Origin: Eledone cirrhosa
Taxonomy: Eukaryota
NCBI GenBank assembly: GCA_964016885.1
Contig: OZ024742.1
Coordinates: forward strand, 161,634,001-161,698,000
Reading direction: 5' to 3'
Length of the DNA stretch: 64,000 nucleotides
Shown here piece after piece: positions 1 to 12,878 of the stretch. Both the position numbers and the translations under genes were made by a program. How positions within the stretch are numbered: the stretch's first letter is position 1; every line of letters begins with the position of its first letter. Under the pieces are notes generated by a model. That model was not told where the DNA came from. It made no database searches and saw only the letters and a program-made list of their open reading frames with translations.

Positions 1-228
1 CATGGTTAAAGCTAGATGCTAAAATCCCACTGTTGTACAGAGAACAATGTTCTGGTATATACTTTGCTATAGACTTGAATTCTTTATCAAAACGAGGAGC
101 AACATCATCAGTGCTGTGACCAGTACACTGGGGGTTCAATTCACATAAAGATTCAGTAAGAATTTCCTTTGTTAATCGCTTGGCAAAACTATCAATATCT
201 TCAACAAATTTCACTTCTTTTCTTTCTC
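1..228 (-). CDS. PARG: Probable PARG-like exon within insertion, runs off window
   Basis: ttttatttgaag| acceptor, phase 1 matches the previous exon, and the frame is open to the window edge (GERKEVKFVEDIDSFAKRLTKEILTESLCEL...). No family motif to confirm. Confidence 0.7.
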
Positions 229-309
229 CTTCAAATAAAAAACGTTTTATTACAATTAACAGAAATCAATACAAATGGAAAATATCAACATTTTCCTTGT
301 ACCCTTAAT

Positions 310-505
310 GAAATTCTTGGGGAAGATTCAGTGTGACACAGTGTGTGACTAGGCTGGTCCTTTGAATTACAGGTACAACTAACTTTTGCTAGCTGAGCAG
401 AGAGGAACAACATAAAATAAAGTGTTTTACTCAAGGATACAATGCACCACTGGGAATCAAACTCACAACCTTATGATTATAACTACTTAGCTATGCACCT
501 TCACT
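310..505 (-). mobile_element. tRNA-headed SINE fragment
   Basis: gttgtgagtttgattccc B-box-like head and ccttgagtaaaacactt core, similar to the copies at 29745 and 59540. Confidence 0.55.
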
Positions 506-980
506 ACATACAATATTCACATATTAAAAGTAAATTGATATTATATATGTGAACAATCAACAAAGAAAAACAAAGCAGAATAATACTGTTCAATGATGAT
601 ATATATTAGTTTAAAGCTTGATATAATAGGAAAATAGTCTTAATGAAAACTTGCCAACCTCTAAAAACCCAAATGAGGAGTACCATGAAAAATAGGGCCC
701 CAAAACGGGAAGAAATGAGGCAAAATGGGGAGATTTTACATAATGAAAACTATACCCATTTTCACAAGAAGACATCTCTCACCCACCCCAAAGTGGGTAG
801 GAAATCTCCCTGTTGGACAGGGAGAGTTGGGAGGTCTGCTTAATGTTTTGGACGTTAGTCCTTCTTTGGAAGATAGAATGTAATTAATATAATGTACCCT
901 TACAGGCATTTCAGAATAATTATTTATTAAGACTGATAAATATCTAAAATTTTATAATAATAACATAAATAAGAACCAAC

Positions 981-1335
981 CTTCAACATCGGTTGTTTCA
1001 TTGGCAATGAGGATTTGATCAGCATTATTTTTATTGGGAGGTGTCATACAGCTGGAATCAATGTTGGTTGGAAGATTGGTGTCTTCGATAATTTCAGTAG
1101 TTATAGTCTGTGTCTGGGAACAGACGCACATCTTATTGAAAAAGGAAGCATCACCCTCGGCTATATATGATGTGTAATTATTTAGGGAACATACTGCTGG
1201 CTGAAAGCCAACCAAACATTTATTGAGATCTCGCAACAGGTATCGGTCCATGTATTGCCTTTGCTGATTGTTAAACTTGTACGGAAGAGTATTGATGGCA
1301 CTGAGCATTGTTTCTAGATTACCATCAGATATCCG
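981..1335 (-). CDS. PARG: PARG-like exon (macrodomain continuation plus start of insertion)
   Basis: ctccag|CGG...G|gttggt. LSAINTLPY..QY..YLLRDLNKCLVGF matches IVAIDALHF..QF..MRRELNKAYCGF. Confidence 0.88.
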
Positions 1336-1976
1336 CTGGAGGAGAAGAAAATAGGCAAACATTTCAATGAAAAACAATAAAATATCATCATCATTATTAT
1401 CATTTAACATGTTTTTCCTACTCACAAAGGCTGAACTGGTCATCACAGACCAAGTTAGTACTGACCTCTGAGACAGGTTGGGGGACTGCTTCTAACTTAC
1501 ATACAATCCTGCAATCTATAGTGTGTAATGGATGTTGTCATGCACCATGTAAATTTTGTAAAATGGTAGTGCTGGTGCCACAATAAAATGCACCCACTAC
1601 ATCCTACAAAATGGTGATTCTGGTGCCTTGATAACATGTACTCAGTACACTCAGTAAAGTAGTTGATGATAGGAAGGGCATCCAAAATTGAACATCTAGT
1701 CTCAGATCATGACAACCCATCCAACTCATGCAAGAGTGGAAAACAGATGGATGACGATGATATAAAATATACAAAAATAACAATATATACAATGTGAAAG
1801 CTGATCTCAAGAAACTAAACTATTTGCAAGAAGATAATTTCTTAAAAACGAAAAATGCTATTTTACTAAATACCTTAAAATTCTTGATTTAAAAAAAAAA
1901 CAAAAAAAAACAGTGTATTTCATTTCAAATATAGGAATGAAAAGATTAAAAATGTGTAGCATTTAAAGTTACTTAC

Positions 1977-2144
1977 AGAAGCCTTATCACAGTAGTTTCC
2001 AGAAAACTTTAAATTCTCTCCATAACCAGAAAACTCAGAGAACTTCTCAAAGCCCTTAACAGTTATGGCTTCGTTATCATCCATAGCTTCCATGAAGATG
2101 GTAGAGGCCAACAATTCAGGACATGTCATATAAATAATTTCTTC
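1977..2144 (-). CDS. PARG: PARG-like exon (EE catalytic residues, tyrosine clasp)
   Basis: atttag|GAAGAAATT...|gtaagt. EEIIYMTCPELLASTIFMEAMDDNEAITVKGFEKFSEFSGY matches [41 protein letters not shown]. Confidence 0.93.
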
Positions 2145-2426
2145 CTAAATATTTTATAAAAGAGAAAAATACAGCTTTTTTTATTTGTTTAAAGATATCA
2201 ACTGAAAATTTTTTAAAGAAATAGGACATAGTTTAACTCTTGATACCAACCCAAAACTGGCTCTATGAAACAAAACCACCTATTTTAAAGGGTTCCTATT
2301 TAAATTAAAATCTAACATTATATATAAGAACCGTATGTTAAGTTAGTAGGTTAGTAATGAAATAATAATTTTAGTAAATACCACTTCATTAATTAAATTG
2401 AAATAGAGTGTATTTCATTAGAAATA

Positions 2427-2658
2427 CAGTGTTGGATTTATACCTTGGGGGATCCTCATACACAAAAAATTAGAATATACAGCAAACCCCCCAATTTTAT
2501 AATGGCGCAAGTAATTGGAATTGAAAAGTTATACATACAGGTATTAAATTAAAAAATTCTAACCATCCTAAAACTAAAAAGCCCAGCTGAGGGTACAAAT
2601 AAATTGCAGGGAACCCGGGGAAATTGCCCTCTTTGCCCCCATTAAATCCAACACCCTG
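2427..2658. mobile_element. Degenerate MITE
   Basis: Terminal inverted repeats cagtgttggattta / taaatccaacaccctg. Confidence 0.4.
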
Positions 2659-2955
2659 CAATCACAAAGGGGTTCACTAACTTGGAGGCTACTTCTTATG
2701 ATAAACTGTTCCCTTCATTTCTCTTATAATTTAGTAATGTCTTACCATGACAATGTATGATAGTTGTTGTTACAACTCACACTTGCATAGATTTAGCTGG
2801 CATAGTATGAAGTTACATTCCATAGGAAGTTTCTTAGGTGATTTAATGATATATTTATATATATATTATATATAGTTGTGTATAATGGTAGCTAAGGTGC
2901 TTCCATAGGCGGTATGCCAAAATTAGCACTCGATATTCATCAGAGTAGAGTGTCG

Positions 2956-3188
2956 ATATTATAAAGAAAACGAAAAATCAGTGATGCATCTGGACTTAAT
3001 TTATTGCGTGTTACAATTGTTTCTCTGGCAGGTAGCTCGAGACGTGGTACTGGTATGGATCCGGCTGATTCAGTATCAGCCGGATCCTTACAAGGACCAC
3101 GTCTCGAGCTACCTGCCGGAGAAACAATTGTAACACGCAATAAATTAAGTCCAGATACATCACTGATTTTTCGTTTCCTTTATAATAT
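2956..3188. repeat. Near-perfect 233-bp palindrome (fold-back element)
   Basis: About 114-bp arms centred near 3072, next to (TA)n. Produces the mirror ORFs 2940-3140(-) and 3004-3192(+). Confidence 0.9.
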
Positions 3189-3514
3189 ATAAATATATAT
3201 AAATATATATATATATATATATTCATCATCATTTAACATCCATTTTCCCTGCTAGCAAGAGTTAAATAGGATGTCACAGGCCGACCATATCAGTACTTAA
3301 TCAGAGCCACTGATCTCTCACTTATATATATCCCCACACTCTACAGAATGTGCCATGCATTTTATCATGGCATCAGCACTATGCAGGTCTACACCTTTGA
3401 CTCACTGAAGAGTCCTCTCAACCCTTTTTTTAGGCATGATTTCTACAGCTGGATGCCCTTCCTACCACCAACCACATATTACAAAATATCTCTTCTAAAT
3501 ATAAAGGAACACAC

Positions 3515-3885
3515 AAACCATATAAAGGGACACACAAGCCATAGAAAGGGATACATAAGGCATAGAAAGGGATACATAAACCATAGAAAGAGATACTCAA
3601 GCCATAGAAAGAGAAATACAAGCCATAGAAAGGGATACATAAGCCATAGAAAGAGATATACAAGCCATAGAAAGGGATACATAAGCCATAGAAAGAGATA
3701 TACAAGCCATAGAAAGAGATATACAAGCCATAGAAAGAGATATACAAGCCATAGAAAGAGATATACAAGCCATAGAAATGGATACACAAGCCATAGAAAG
3801 GGATACATAAGCCATAGAAAGGGATACATAAGCCATATAAAGGGATACACAAGCCATATAAAGGGATACATAAGCCATATAAAAT
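3515..3885. repeat. 21-bp minisatellite, about 17-18 units
   Basis: Units AGCCATAGAAAGGGATACATA / AGCCATAGAAAGAGATATACA. Confidence 0.95.
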
Positions 3886-3905
3886 AGAAAGCAGTTATTT
3901 CCTAC

Positions 3906-3962
3906 CTGACATCTACCTTTACTGAGAATGTGACCTCCAAGAAATCTGTTAGCAAATCCAAT
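3906..3962 (-). CDS. PARG: PARG-like exon encoding the catalytic loop
   Basis: tttcag|...|gtagg, 19 codons. IGFANRFLGGHILSKGRCQ versus canonical VDFANRFVGGGVTSAGLVQ. Confidence 0.92.
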
Positions 3963-4025
3963 CTGAAATTTAATATAAATAGATAATTCAATTTATACAT
4001 AAATTTGCTTATAAAATCACTGAAT

Positions 4026-4213
4026 TATCATATATACTTGAATATAAGCTGAGGAATATGTGATCAAAAAAATTGATGGTAGAAGGGAGGTCAGCTTATA
4101 TTTGGGGGTTAATATTTTGACGATTTTCCCCAACTTCTAATTCTACGTAAATAAGGTTTGGATTTCTCAGACATAAAATAGTGGGGTCAGCTTATATTTG
4201 AATATATATGGTA
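4026..4213. mobile_element. Tc1/mariner-superfamily (pogo/Tc2-type) MITE
   Basis: TIRs tatcatatatacttgaatataagctga / tcagcttatatttgaatatatatggta. Confidence 0.5.
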
Positions 4214-4543
4214 ATTAAAAATTCTCTCAAAAATTTATTGTTTGACTTCTATTGTTGAAGGGTAGACCAAATATCTTCTAGTAATATGTTGTTTTCTTCT
4301 CTCTTTAATATTTATTTCTAATCTAGGCAAACCATTAATTTGTAAAAATGCAAATTTCCCAGTTTGTATGATTGTTCATATATCTGGTAACCCTGGATTC
4401 CAAAAATGAAATATCTTCAACACTATTGCCATCATTATTGACGGCATTGGTCTACTAGAAGTGTGAGAATGAATTAAGTAGAGAAAAAAATGTGTGAAAA
4501 GATGTTTCAGAAGGATTGCAAAGCTTAAAACTATTTTACCAAC

Positions 4544-4663
4544 CTTTAAAGTGGCACTACTGGCATCATATGTTTTACCATTTTCTCGAACATAAATAGG
4601 ACAGAGATTAGTAGAGCAATTCTTCCAAGTTTCCAGAGTTGGACGTTTTCGTGGTTCCATTAC
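4544..4663 (-). CDS. PARG: PARG-like exon
   Basis: ttttag|...|gttggt, 40 codons. VMEPRKRPTLETWKNCSTNLCPIYVRENGKTYDASSATLK aligns to [31 protein letters not shown]. Confidence 0.85.
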
Positions 4664-4829
4664 CTAAAATTAACAAAGAGTTTAGAGAAACCAGAATTTA
4701 TGAAATGAAATGTCTTCTTTCAGAGACAATAGAAAGAAGAGGCAGTAAAGTGGAATTAATCTCAAAGCAAAGTATAAAACTGAATTTTAAAGACATGAAG
4801 CTTCAAATTTATAACAAGCATTTTAAGGC

Positions 4830-5250
4830 CATATTCCTTACTAATGCAGGGGTTAGCATTGTGGGTCCCATGACAAGCTTCTCAATTTCTCCCTATTATC
4901 TGCATTCCCTACTTATCAACCCCCTGGTTTTCATTTCTTCCTCTATTTTTAGCCATGACTTTCTTGGTCTTCTTTTTCCTCTACTTCTTTCCACATTCGT
5001 TTCTATCACCCAATTACTTTCATCTTTCATAAACACATGACGCAACCATCTCATTCCATTTCTTTTCACAACATTCATTACTGGTTCTATTCCCATCATT
5101 CCTCTCACCTAATCACTTTCAACCTTCCGCAACACGACCCGAGTATCTCATTCCATTACTCTTCTCAACATTCATAACTGGTTCTATTCCCATCACTCCT
5201 CTCACCTAGTAACTTTCACCCTTCCTCAACACACAATACAACCATCTCAA
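4830..5250 (-). mobile_element. RTE LINE 3' fragment with internal tandem duplication
   Basis: MRWLRHVFM..RSRGKRRPRKSW motif. Segment 5045-5120 is repeated at 5145-5220. Confidence 0.7.
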
Positions 5251-5708
5251 TGTTCCAAACACAAACTTAATAATGAGAAAGTTAGTTATATTACTAAATC
5301 CCTGCAAATTCTTATTTTTCAAATTTAGTTGAAAATCAAAGGCATTGTTTTTAATTAGATATATGGTAACAAAAGGGTTAGTAGGAAGAAAGTTAGTTCA
5401 TCATCATCATCATCTTCATTTAATGTCCATCTTCCACGCTAACATGGGTTATATAAATAAATCCAATCAAATTCTTGATTACTTTCAAAATAATTTGGAA
5501 ATGATAAGCAGTACCTTTCATTAGAAGTATGGTAATGAAAGGGCTATGGAGTACCAACATTTATCAAACTGATTCAGAAAAACACTATTGTAGAAATCAA
5601 AACAATTCCACCATTCTAAACTGAAGAATTAAAAGTTATATATATCTATATATATATATATAAAACGAAAAAAAAAAAAGTTATCGTCTACATGGCTCAA
5701 TACAATAA

Positions 5709-5899
5709 ATGTAATCTGAGTTTTTCGAATATTAATAATAATATTCAATTCGTTTGCCACTATGCAAACAGCCTCTACATGCCAACACAAGAACAATTAT
5801 GAGGGGCTCTTTCTACTGACATGGCTTAAAAAGGGGCTGCTTGCATAATTGCAAACGAATCGAATATTATTTTTAATATTCAAAAAACTCAGATTACAT
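5709..5899. repeat. Fold-back element beside (TA)n
   Basis: About 65-bp imperfect inverted arms atgtaatctgagtttt... / ...aaaactcagattacat. Confidence 0.75.
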
Positions 5900-5949
5900 A
5901 TATATATATATATATTAGAATTGTGAGAGTCCTAAATGCAAAAAATAAC

Positions 5950-6190
5950 TGTAATAACAGTTGATCACTATAGATAATAATTGAGAAAATTGTGTACATT
6001 ACCCTTAGAGACAGAGAAAAGAGGACAGAAGAACCTAACATAATTGCACAATATTTGAGAGATATGGGGTTTGTTTCTTTGTAGGTGCCTCTTGTTTCTT
6101 TGTAGGTGCCTCAGTTCACTTTTTCTTTCCTTAAGAGTAAATTACCCAATTTTCTTAACTGTTATCTATGGTGATCAACTGTTATTATAG
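5950..6190. repeat. Degenerate fold-back element
   Basis: taataacagttgatcactatagata / tatctatggtgatcaactgttatta. Confidence 0.6.
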
Positions 6191-6254
6191 AGGTTCCACA
6201 AAACATCCAGCTCACACTGTAAAGTGGCCATGAAAGAGACACGTCAAAAAGCAC

Positions 6255-7215
6255 CCATCATCATCGTTTAACGTCCATCTTCCACGCTTGCATGGGTTTG
6301 AGGCAAGATTTGTTGTCCTGCTCGTATAGGACTGTCTGGCAGGTTTTCTACGGCTGGATGCCCTTCCTAACACCAACCACGTTTACAGTGTGGACTGGGA
6401 GGTTTTTACCGTGCTACCTACACGGCCACATTACAGCGTGGACTGTGTGTTTTTTTGTCGTGACACCTACACGTCTGGCAGGTTTTCTACGGCTGGATGC
6501 CCTTCCCAACACCAACCACGTTTACAGTGTGGACTGGGAGGTTTTTACCATGTTACCTACACGGCCACATTACAGTGTGGACTGTGTGTTTTTTTGTCGT
6601 GACACCTACACGACCTTATTTGTTTCGGACTGGATGTTGTGGTACCAACATAACTTCACATTTAAGGGGGTGGTATGGATGGGGTGGGGGTAGTGGGACG
6701 GGGGTGTATTTTGTTAGAGGTGCCTACTGACTGTAGGTTTCGCTTTATACTTAGGCAAGGCGGGTCTTCTGTATGACTGTGTAGCGCCAAAGATCTCGGT
6801 CCAGTGACATTGTCTTGGAGAGGTGTAAGTGTGTGAGGTCGGAATTTATCAAGTCGTCCCAGGTTTTTCTGGCTACCGTCTATTTTTATCGCCCTGCTCT
6901 TTTTTATACAGCTGTCGTCTTTCATGCGCATCACGTGACCGTACAAACGTAGTCTTCTCTCGAGTAAACAACATCTGATCCCTCTTATTCCTAATTTCTC
7001 CCTTAGTTAGTTTATGCTTTGCCGTTCACGTATATTACTATTACACATCCAACACACTGTAAATGTGGTTGGCGTTAGGAAGGGCATCCAGCCATAAAAA
7101 AAACAGCCGGAACCAGTCCTATATGAGCAAGACACGGTTACCCAACCCAACTTGCCTCTAATGGGACAAACCCGTCTAACCCATGCTAGCATGGAAAATG
7201 GACATTAAACAATAA
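6255..7215. mobile_element. RTE-tailed SINE copies and an RTE fragment
   Basis: (CAT)n tail and ctggatgcccttcctaacaccaacc core, with an internal duplication of about 140 bp. RTE motif YGHVMRMKDD at 6800-6950. Confidence 0.7.
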
Positions 7216-7336
7216 AGATGATTTGGAACTTTCACAATTTTAAATTTCAAACACTGCCAGCACATCAATAATTCATAAAGTTTATAATATATATATATAT
7301 CATCATCATTGTTTAACATCCATTTTAGCATGGGTT

Positions 7337-7382
<46 letters not shown>

Positions 7383-7878
7383 TCCGAAGAGATTGTTTTG
7401 GTAAAAACAGGAGCAAGCAGGAGAAAGCTCTCAACATTCGCAGTTTGTAGCTACGATGGAGATTCAGTATAATAATAACATTAACAAAGATGCTGTCAGT
7501 ATCTTTATTAATGTTATTATAAAAAATGACAAACACAGAGATATAAAAACAGTTAGTATTATTAGGTTCACGCTTTGGATGAAAGAGAAAAAAAAAATTC
7601 AACATATTGGACTTTAGTGCTTCGTCAGGAGAGTACAAGCAGAAAGATTAAATAAAGGGAGACGTGAGTGTGTGTGTTGTTTTTAATTTTTTGTGTGTAT
7701 CACCGTGTATAAAGGTGGGAAGGTCTATACATAGTTTGTTATGGTGTCCAGGTGTGTCTGGCTGTATTAGCATTGTATATGAGTGTCATATGTCAGTGTA
7801 TGTATTAAATATAATAGAATATTGGTGATAAATAAGTATCTGTTAAAATGACATCCAACTCCAAGGTGGACTACTAAC

Positions 7879-7978
7879 CTGTCGCTGTATTTCAATTTCT
7901 CCAGTCAAATATAGGCCTGCTGAAGCAACTCTATGGAAGTAATGTAGAATACAACGCAGTTTGGCACACTGGGATTGT
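7879..7978 (-). CDS. PARG: PARG-like exon
   Basis: ttctag|...|gttagt, phase 2 to 0. QCAKLRCILHYFHRVASAGLYLTGEIEIQRQ matches KLKTLFCYFRRV..PTGLVTFTRQ. Confidence 0.9.
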
Positions 7979-10010
7979 CTAGAAAATTAAACATCCAAAA
8001 TTAGTACAAAACAAAACATTTAACAAGGCACTAACTTTCTCAATAGATATCTGAGATTTTCATATGATGGAACTTTTTGATAATGATATTGCCATAGAGA
8101 TGCAGTGGCTGTGTGGTTAAGGAGTTCACTTCAGAACCACAGGGTTTCGTGTTCAGGTGTGGTACCTTATATAACCTCCTTTATAGTGGTGTCATGATAA
8201 AATGCACCCAGTGCAGTCTGTAAAGTGGTTGGTGTAAGAAAGGGTATCTAGCTAGACCATGCTAGTCATGTCACAGGCACAACTTCACTAGTGCCTGGCA
8301 CTACGAAAAATGCAGCCAGTACTCTCTGTAAAGTGGTTGGCATTGGGAATGGCATTTAAACATAGAAAACCTGCCAAAGAATGGGTTCAGAAGACTCTTC
8401 AGTTGTGTCACAGGCACAACAACCTCCCTAGCACTGATGCCATGATAGAACACACCCAGTACATTCTGTAAAGTGCTAGAATGTATGTGAGATGCAGGAC
8501 CTTGGCTTTGCCTTATCCGAGAGGCTCCAGCAGAAGACACTTCACTTTACTAACATGCCATGTGGTTGCAAAGGAAACTTCTTAACCACACAGCCATGCT
8601 GTCACATATTAAGACACACCATTGCATTAATTATACAATCAAATAGTATATTCTTTAGCTAGTTCCTATCCTTATTTTTTTTAAATCAACAATTTGGCAA
8701 ACCCTGTACTTTCTCTCAGATTGATTCCCTCTAATAACTTTTACTCAAAAATGGTTTGGTAAGTCACTCCAATTCTCACAAGGTAAACTCATCCATGATA
8801 ATGTTGCATCAAGTCCCTCACCCCTTCTTCCCAGAGTAAACGGTGAAGTGTAGTAAAAAAACATGGATCGACACAATCAAGTCTGATCCCAAGCTAATCT
8901 TTGGTTCTTGCTTATATGGTATCTGTCACTGGAATTGAGACTAGCTGACAATATCTGTGACAAAAATCTGTGATAAGTGTATGCGATGCTGTGGATGCAC
9001 CTGTTGGAACCAGCTAAACCCAGCCTGGATGAACGTTGATACAAATAGGAATATCTGACATTCCCAAATGGGGAAGATAGAACCTAAGTGCTCAAATGAA
9101 GCGCAAGGATAAGATAAACACACCTTAGTGAACGCATGTGGCTTAATGGTCATGGTTCTGATTTCTGGCCAGAGCAGTGTTGTATTCTTGACCAAGATAC
9201 CTTAGTTCATGTTGTTTTTCCTGATAGGACTGGAGATCCTTATCATTAAAAAACCTAAGAACTCACCTATGAGATGCAACCTCATAGGAGCCCAGCTAAA
9301 ACTGCATAGGGGTGAGCTGTAAAGCTCATTTTCTTCAAACATATCTTGCTTATCACACAAAATGATTTTAAAGAATAAATGACGATCACAGTAACTCATG
9401 ATAAGAGATCTTACTAAGACAAGAATCAATCCATTGCACTCACCAATAATCGTAACATTTCCAATCCAATCAATGTGTGTGTGTGTGTGTGTGCGACTTG
9501 AAAAAACAAATAAATAAAGCGTATTCGACTAAGAGATTCAGAATTGTCTCCCTTGCTATCAATTATCATTTTATAGAATTTAACAGAAAAGATTTTTTTA
9601 AATGAGAAAGTTGGATAGGAATTTTGGAAGCAATGTTTTACAACTGGATGCCCTTCCTGACACTAATCCTGTTCTTATGACATGCAGGTGTTTCTACTCT
9701 GAATTGAATACACACAGTTTGTGCATGTGTATATAATATATAACTATAACAGTCATTTGCCTTAACTAGAACTTAAATCTAAACCAAAACCATGCTGTCC
9801 ACTAATTCAAGCAAAAGCAAACCATAACCCTTCAATCAACCCTACCCATCAGACAACTACTGCACAAGTCATAAATTGAATTCAAACATGGCCTTCAAAA
9901 CCATACCCCCAGCCAAACAATGACCAACCTGCACCAATTACTGGTATGAAGATGATGGATGTCATCAGGCTGCAGCTGTTGAATTACATAGTTTCTGTAT
10001 TACTCTTCAG

Positions 10011-10051
<41 letters not shown>

Positions 10052-10819
10052 GTGTGTGTCTGTGCGTGTGTGTGGAACCCTGTTGGATTCATCATCATCA
10101 TCATTCAACATCCATTTTACACGCTACCCTGGGTAAGGCATATCAGTAATTCAAAAGGTCCAGCCTTGTTGTACATTGTGTTAATCTGGTTTGGGTTAGA
10201 AGTTAGATTAAAGGTACACATATTTGTGGAATATTCAACCACATACATGTTAATTCATGGGTTGGACGTCCAGTTGATTTAACAACCAAATGCATATTGT
10301 CAAAACCAATAGGAGGATACATTCTGTTTATATATATATATGTAGTTGCTGTGTGTATACACTGCAAATGTATATATATTGGATATATGTGGTTACTGTG
10401 TATAAAAAGGGTGTACAGGTATATATACTGTGTATATGTGGCAGCTGTGTGCATAAAAAGTACATGTCTGTATACTGCATATATGTGGCTAGTGTGTGTA
10501 TAAATACTGTATATATGTGGGTATTGTGTATATATAAAACAAAATATCAATGATATATAAGTAGCTATGTGATATACATATATATGTGCCTGCTATATGT
10601 TTATTTATGTGTATATCTGCCTACTACATGTATATATGTGTATATGTGCCTGTATAGGTGTCAGCTATGTGTATAAAACAAGGTATACATGTGTACATAG
10701 TGTATATATGTGCTTACTTAACTGCTGTATTCTTGAATGAACAAAAGAATAAATGAATTAACATATAAATCTGTATGAACAATAAAGAAAGCAGCAGAAT
10801 GTATGGTAATAATACTTAC

Positions 10820-10961
10820 AGAGGAAGGTATCGAAAAAAGTTAGAGAAATTAATATTATTTAGCCGCAATGTTTTCTCTTTCTTTCTCTCTGGAAACAGG
10901 CACAGAAATGCACATGAAATGATTGCAGACATTAAGTTACGGCTGACTGCAATGCTGTTTG
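10820..10961 (-). CDS. PARG: PARG-like exon
   Basis: caacag|...|gtaagt, phase 1 to 2. TNSIAVSRNLMSAIISCAFLCLFPER..NINFSNFF matches PARG [32 protein letters not shown]. Confidence 0.9.
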
Positions 10962-11149
10962 CTGTTGAAATATAGATGAGAAAATCTATAATTAGTCCTC
11001 TGTGAGGTATAAATAGAAAGTATATGATTCATTAACTTGTTACCAGTGTGTGTGTGTCTGTGCATTCTCATCTTGGTCAATATCTAATGTTTGCTTTTCC
11101 ATGCTGGCATGGGTTGGACATCACAGATAAAGTGACAACATATCATCAT

Positions 11150-11465
11150 CATCATCATTTTACGTCTACTTTTCCCTGCTTGCAAGGGTGGGACGGGTCC
11201 TATTCAGCACAGCATCTCTCCACTTGTCACGGTCCTTCATCATCTCCTCCGTGAGCTTCTGCGATCTGAGGTCAGCTCTCACCACCTCCGCCCATGTTTT
11301 TCGTGGTCTTCCTCTACTGCGTCTTCCTTCTACTGGCATTTCTTGGCACTTCTTTACCCATTGGTCATCCTCCATGCGCATCACATGTCCATACCATCGC
11401 AGTCTTCTCTCCAGCACACTACAATTTATCCCTCTTATACACAGTTTCTCTCTCAACTCATCCAT
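11150..11465 (-). mobile_element. RTE LINE 3' end
   Basis: RRLRWYGHVMRMEDD..GRRSRGRPRKTW and a (GAT)n tail. Same family as 41110-44170. Confidence 0.9.
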
Positions 11466-12439
11466 GTAGATTTGTATTTATTTGATTTTTGCTGCTTAGT
11501 CAGGGAAGAAAGAGCAGTGCCCATGACCCTTTTAAGGAGCTCCAAGCCTGATGGGAGAGAGAGGGATGGAGGAAGGTGTCCCCTAACCCAAGACCTGGTC
11601 AGATTGTGTCTACCCCCCAAGTATGCCAATGGCTCTTTTCAAGATGATATGAGTGGGTGGAAGGCAAGAAACCTGGTCTGAATGCTGGCAACAGAGTGTA
11701 CTTGGCTTTTAAAGGCACCCAAGGGCCAGATGATGATAAGTACAATTAGTTTTTATGTGCTTTTACACACATCAAAGTTTTCTTCTTTACCTTTTTACAG
11801 TTAGTTAGGGAAAGTTAGGCACCGAATTGTCAAAGTCCTTAAAATGTCAGATAGAATGCTCTGTTGGTATTTGTTGAGGTTCTCTGTGCTCTGAGTTCAA
11901 ATCACATCCAAGTCAACTTTGCCTTTCCACCTTTCAAGGTCAAAAAATAAACTAGCAGTCCAATACTAGGATCAATTCTTCCTTTATATCTCTCACTTCC
12001 TCTTTGTCTCTCTTTCTCTGGAAAAAAACCAGTTGGAGAGGGATGGACTGTCAGGTTTAAAAATTCCCATGACACACCATATATCATTATGATGCCGTTA
12101 TGACTCAAGAATTCAGGACCCATGGCATGGCATAGTCAGGGAAGCTGGGAGGTAGGAAAGTACCCTCAAACCATAGACCTGGCCCAAATGCTTGCAACAG
12201 AGTGGAACTCAGCTAAAGGTATCAAAGGTCCAGTATAGCCCATTGATCAATAGTTTGACGTGCAAAGATCAGTGCTTTACTTAGAAAAAAATAAAAACAA
12301 ATAGGGGTTGGGCATCCAGCCACAGAAAATGAGGGTAAAAATAGTCATAACATGCTTATCATTGTTGTATATGTAGATGTGCAATATTTCCTGAAATAAA
12401 GAAATAAAAAAAGGTGCAGAGCACTAAAAGTTGATAGAA

Positions 12440-12830
12440 GCCATGGAGTGGGGGGACCCAAGAAGACCTGGGATGAGGTGATAAAAGCAGCCCTTGCCCA
12501 ATTGCACCTCTCAACGGCAATAACACAAGACTGTGGCCTCTGGCGTCACACAGTAATACAGAAGACCCGACTGCAAAGTGGTCGTGGCGGTGCCATGACA
12601 AAGAAGCACCCAGACCACACTGTAAAGTGGTTGTGTAGGCGCCACGGAAAAAAAGCACCCAACACTCACTGTAAATGAGGTTGATGTTAAGAAGGGCATC
12701 CAGCTGTAGAAATCAAGCCAAAATCAGTTCCCGTATGAGCAAGACAAGGTCACTTGACCTAACATTGCCCACAACAGGACAACCCGTCTAACCCATGCTA
12801 GCATGGAAGAATGGACGTAAAATGATGATG
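12440..12830 (+). mobile_element. RTE fragment plus RTE-tailed SINE
   Basis: PKKTWDEVI remnant followed by the SINE core and (GAT)n tail. Confidence 0.7.
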
Positions 12831-12878
12831 ATGAAAGAAAGGAACAGCTCAGTAAAAAAAAAGTGTCGAGCAACTTAC

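Noticed and set aside
3348-3887. His/Arg/Lys-rich or membrane protein ORFs; CRISPR-like array
   Set aside because: All frames come from a 21-bp tandem repeat without spacers, inside a PARG intron.
4376-4543. Extension of the PARG exon or an extra exon
   Set aside because: PARG similarity continues directly from 4544 to 3962, so this part is intronic read-through.
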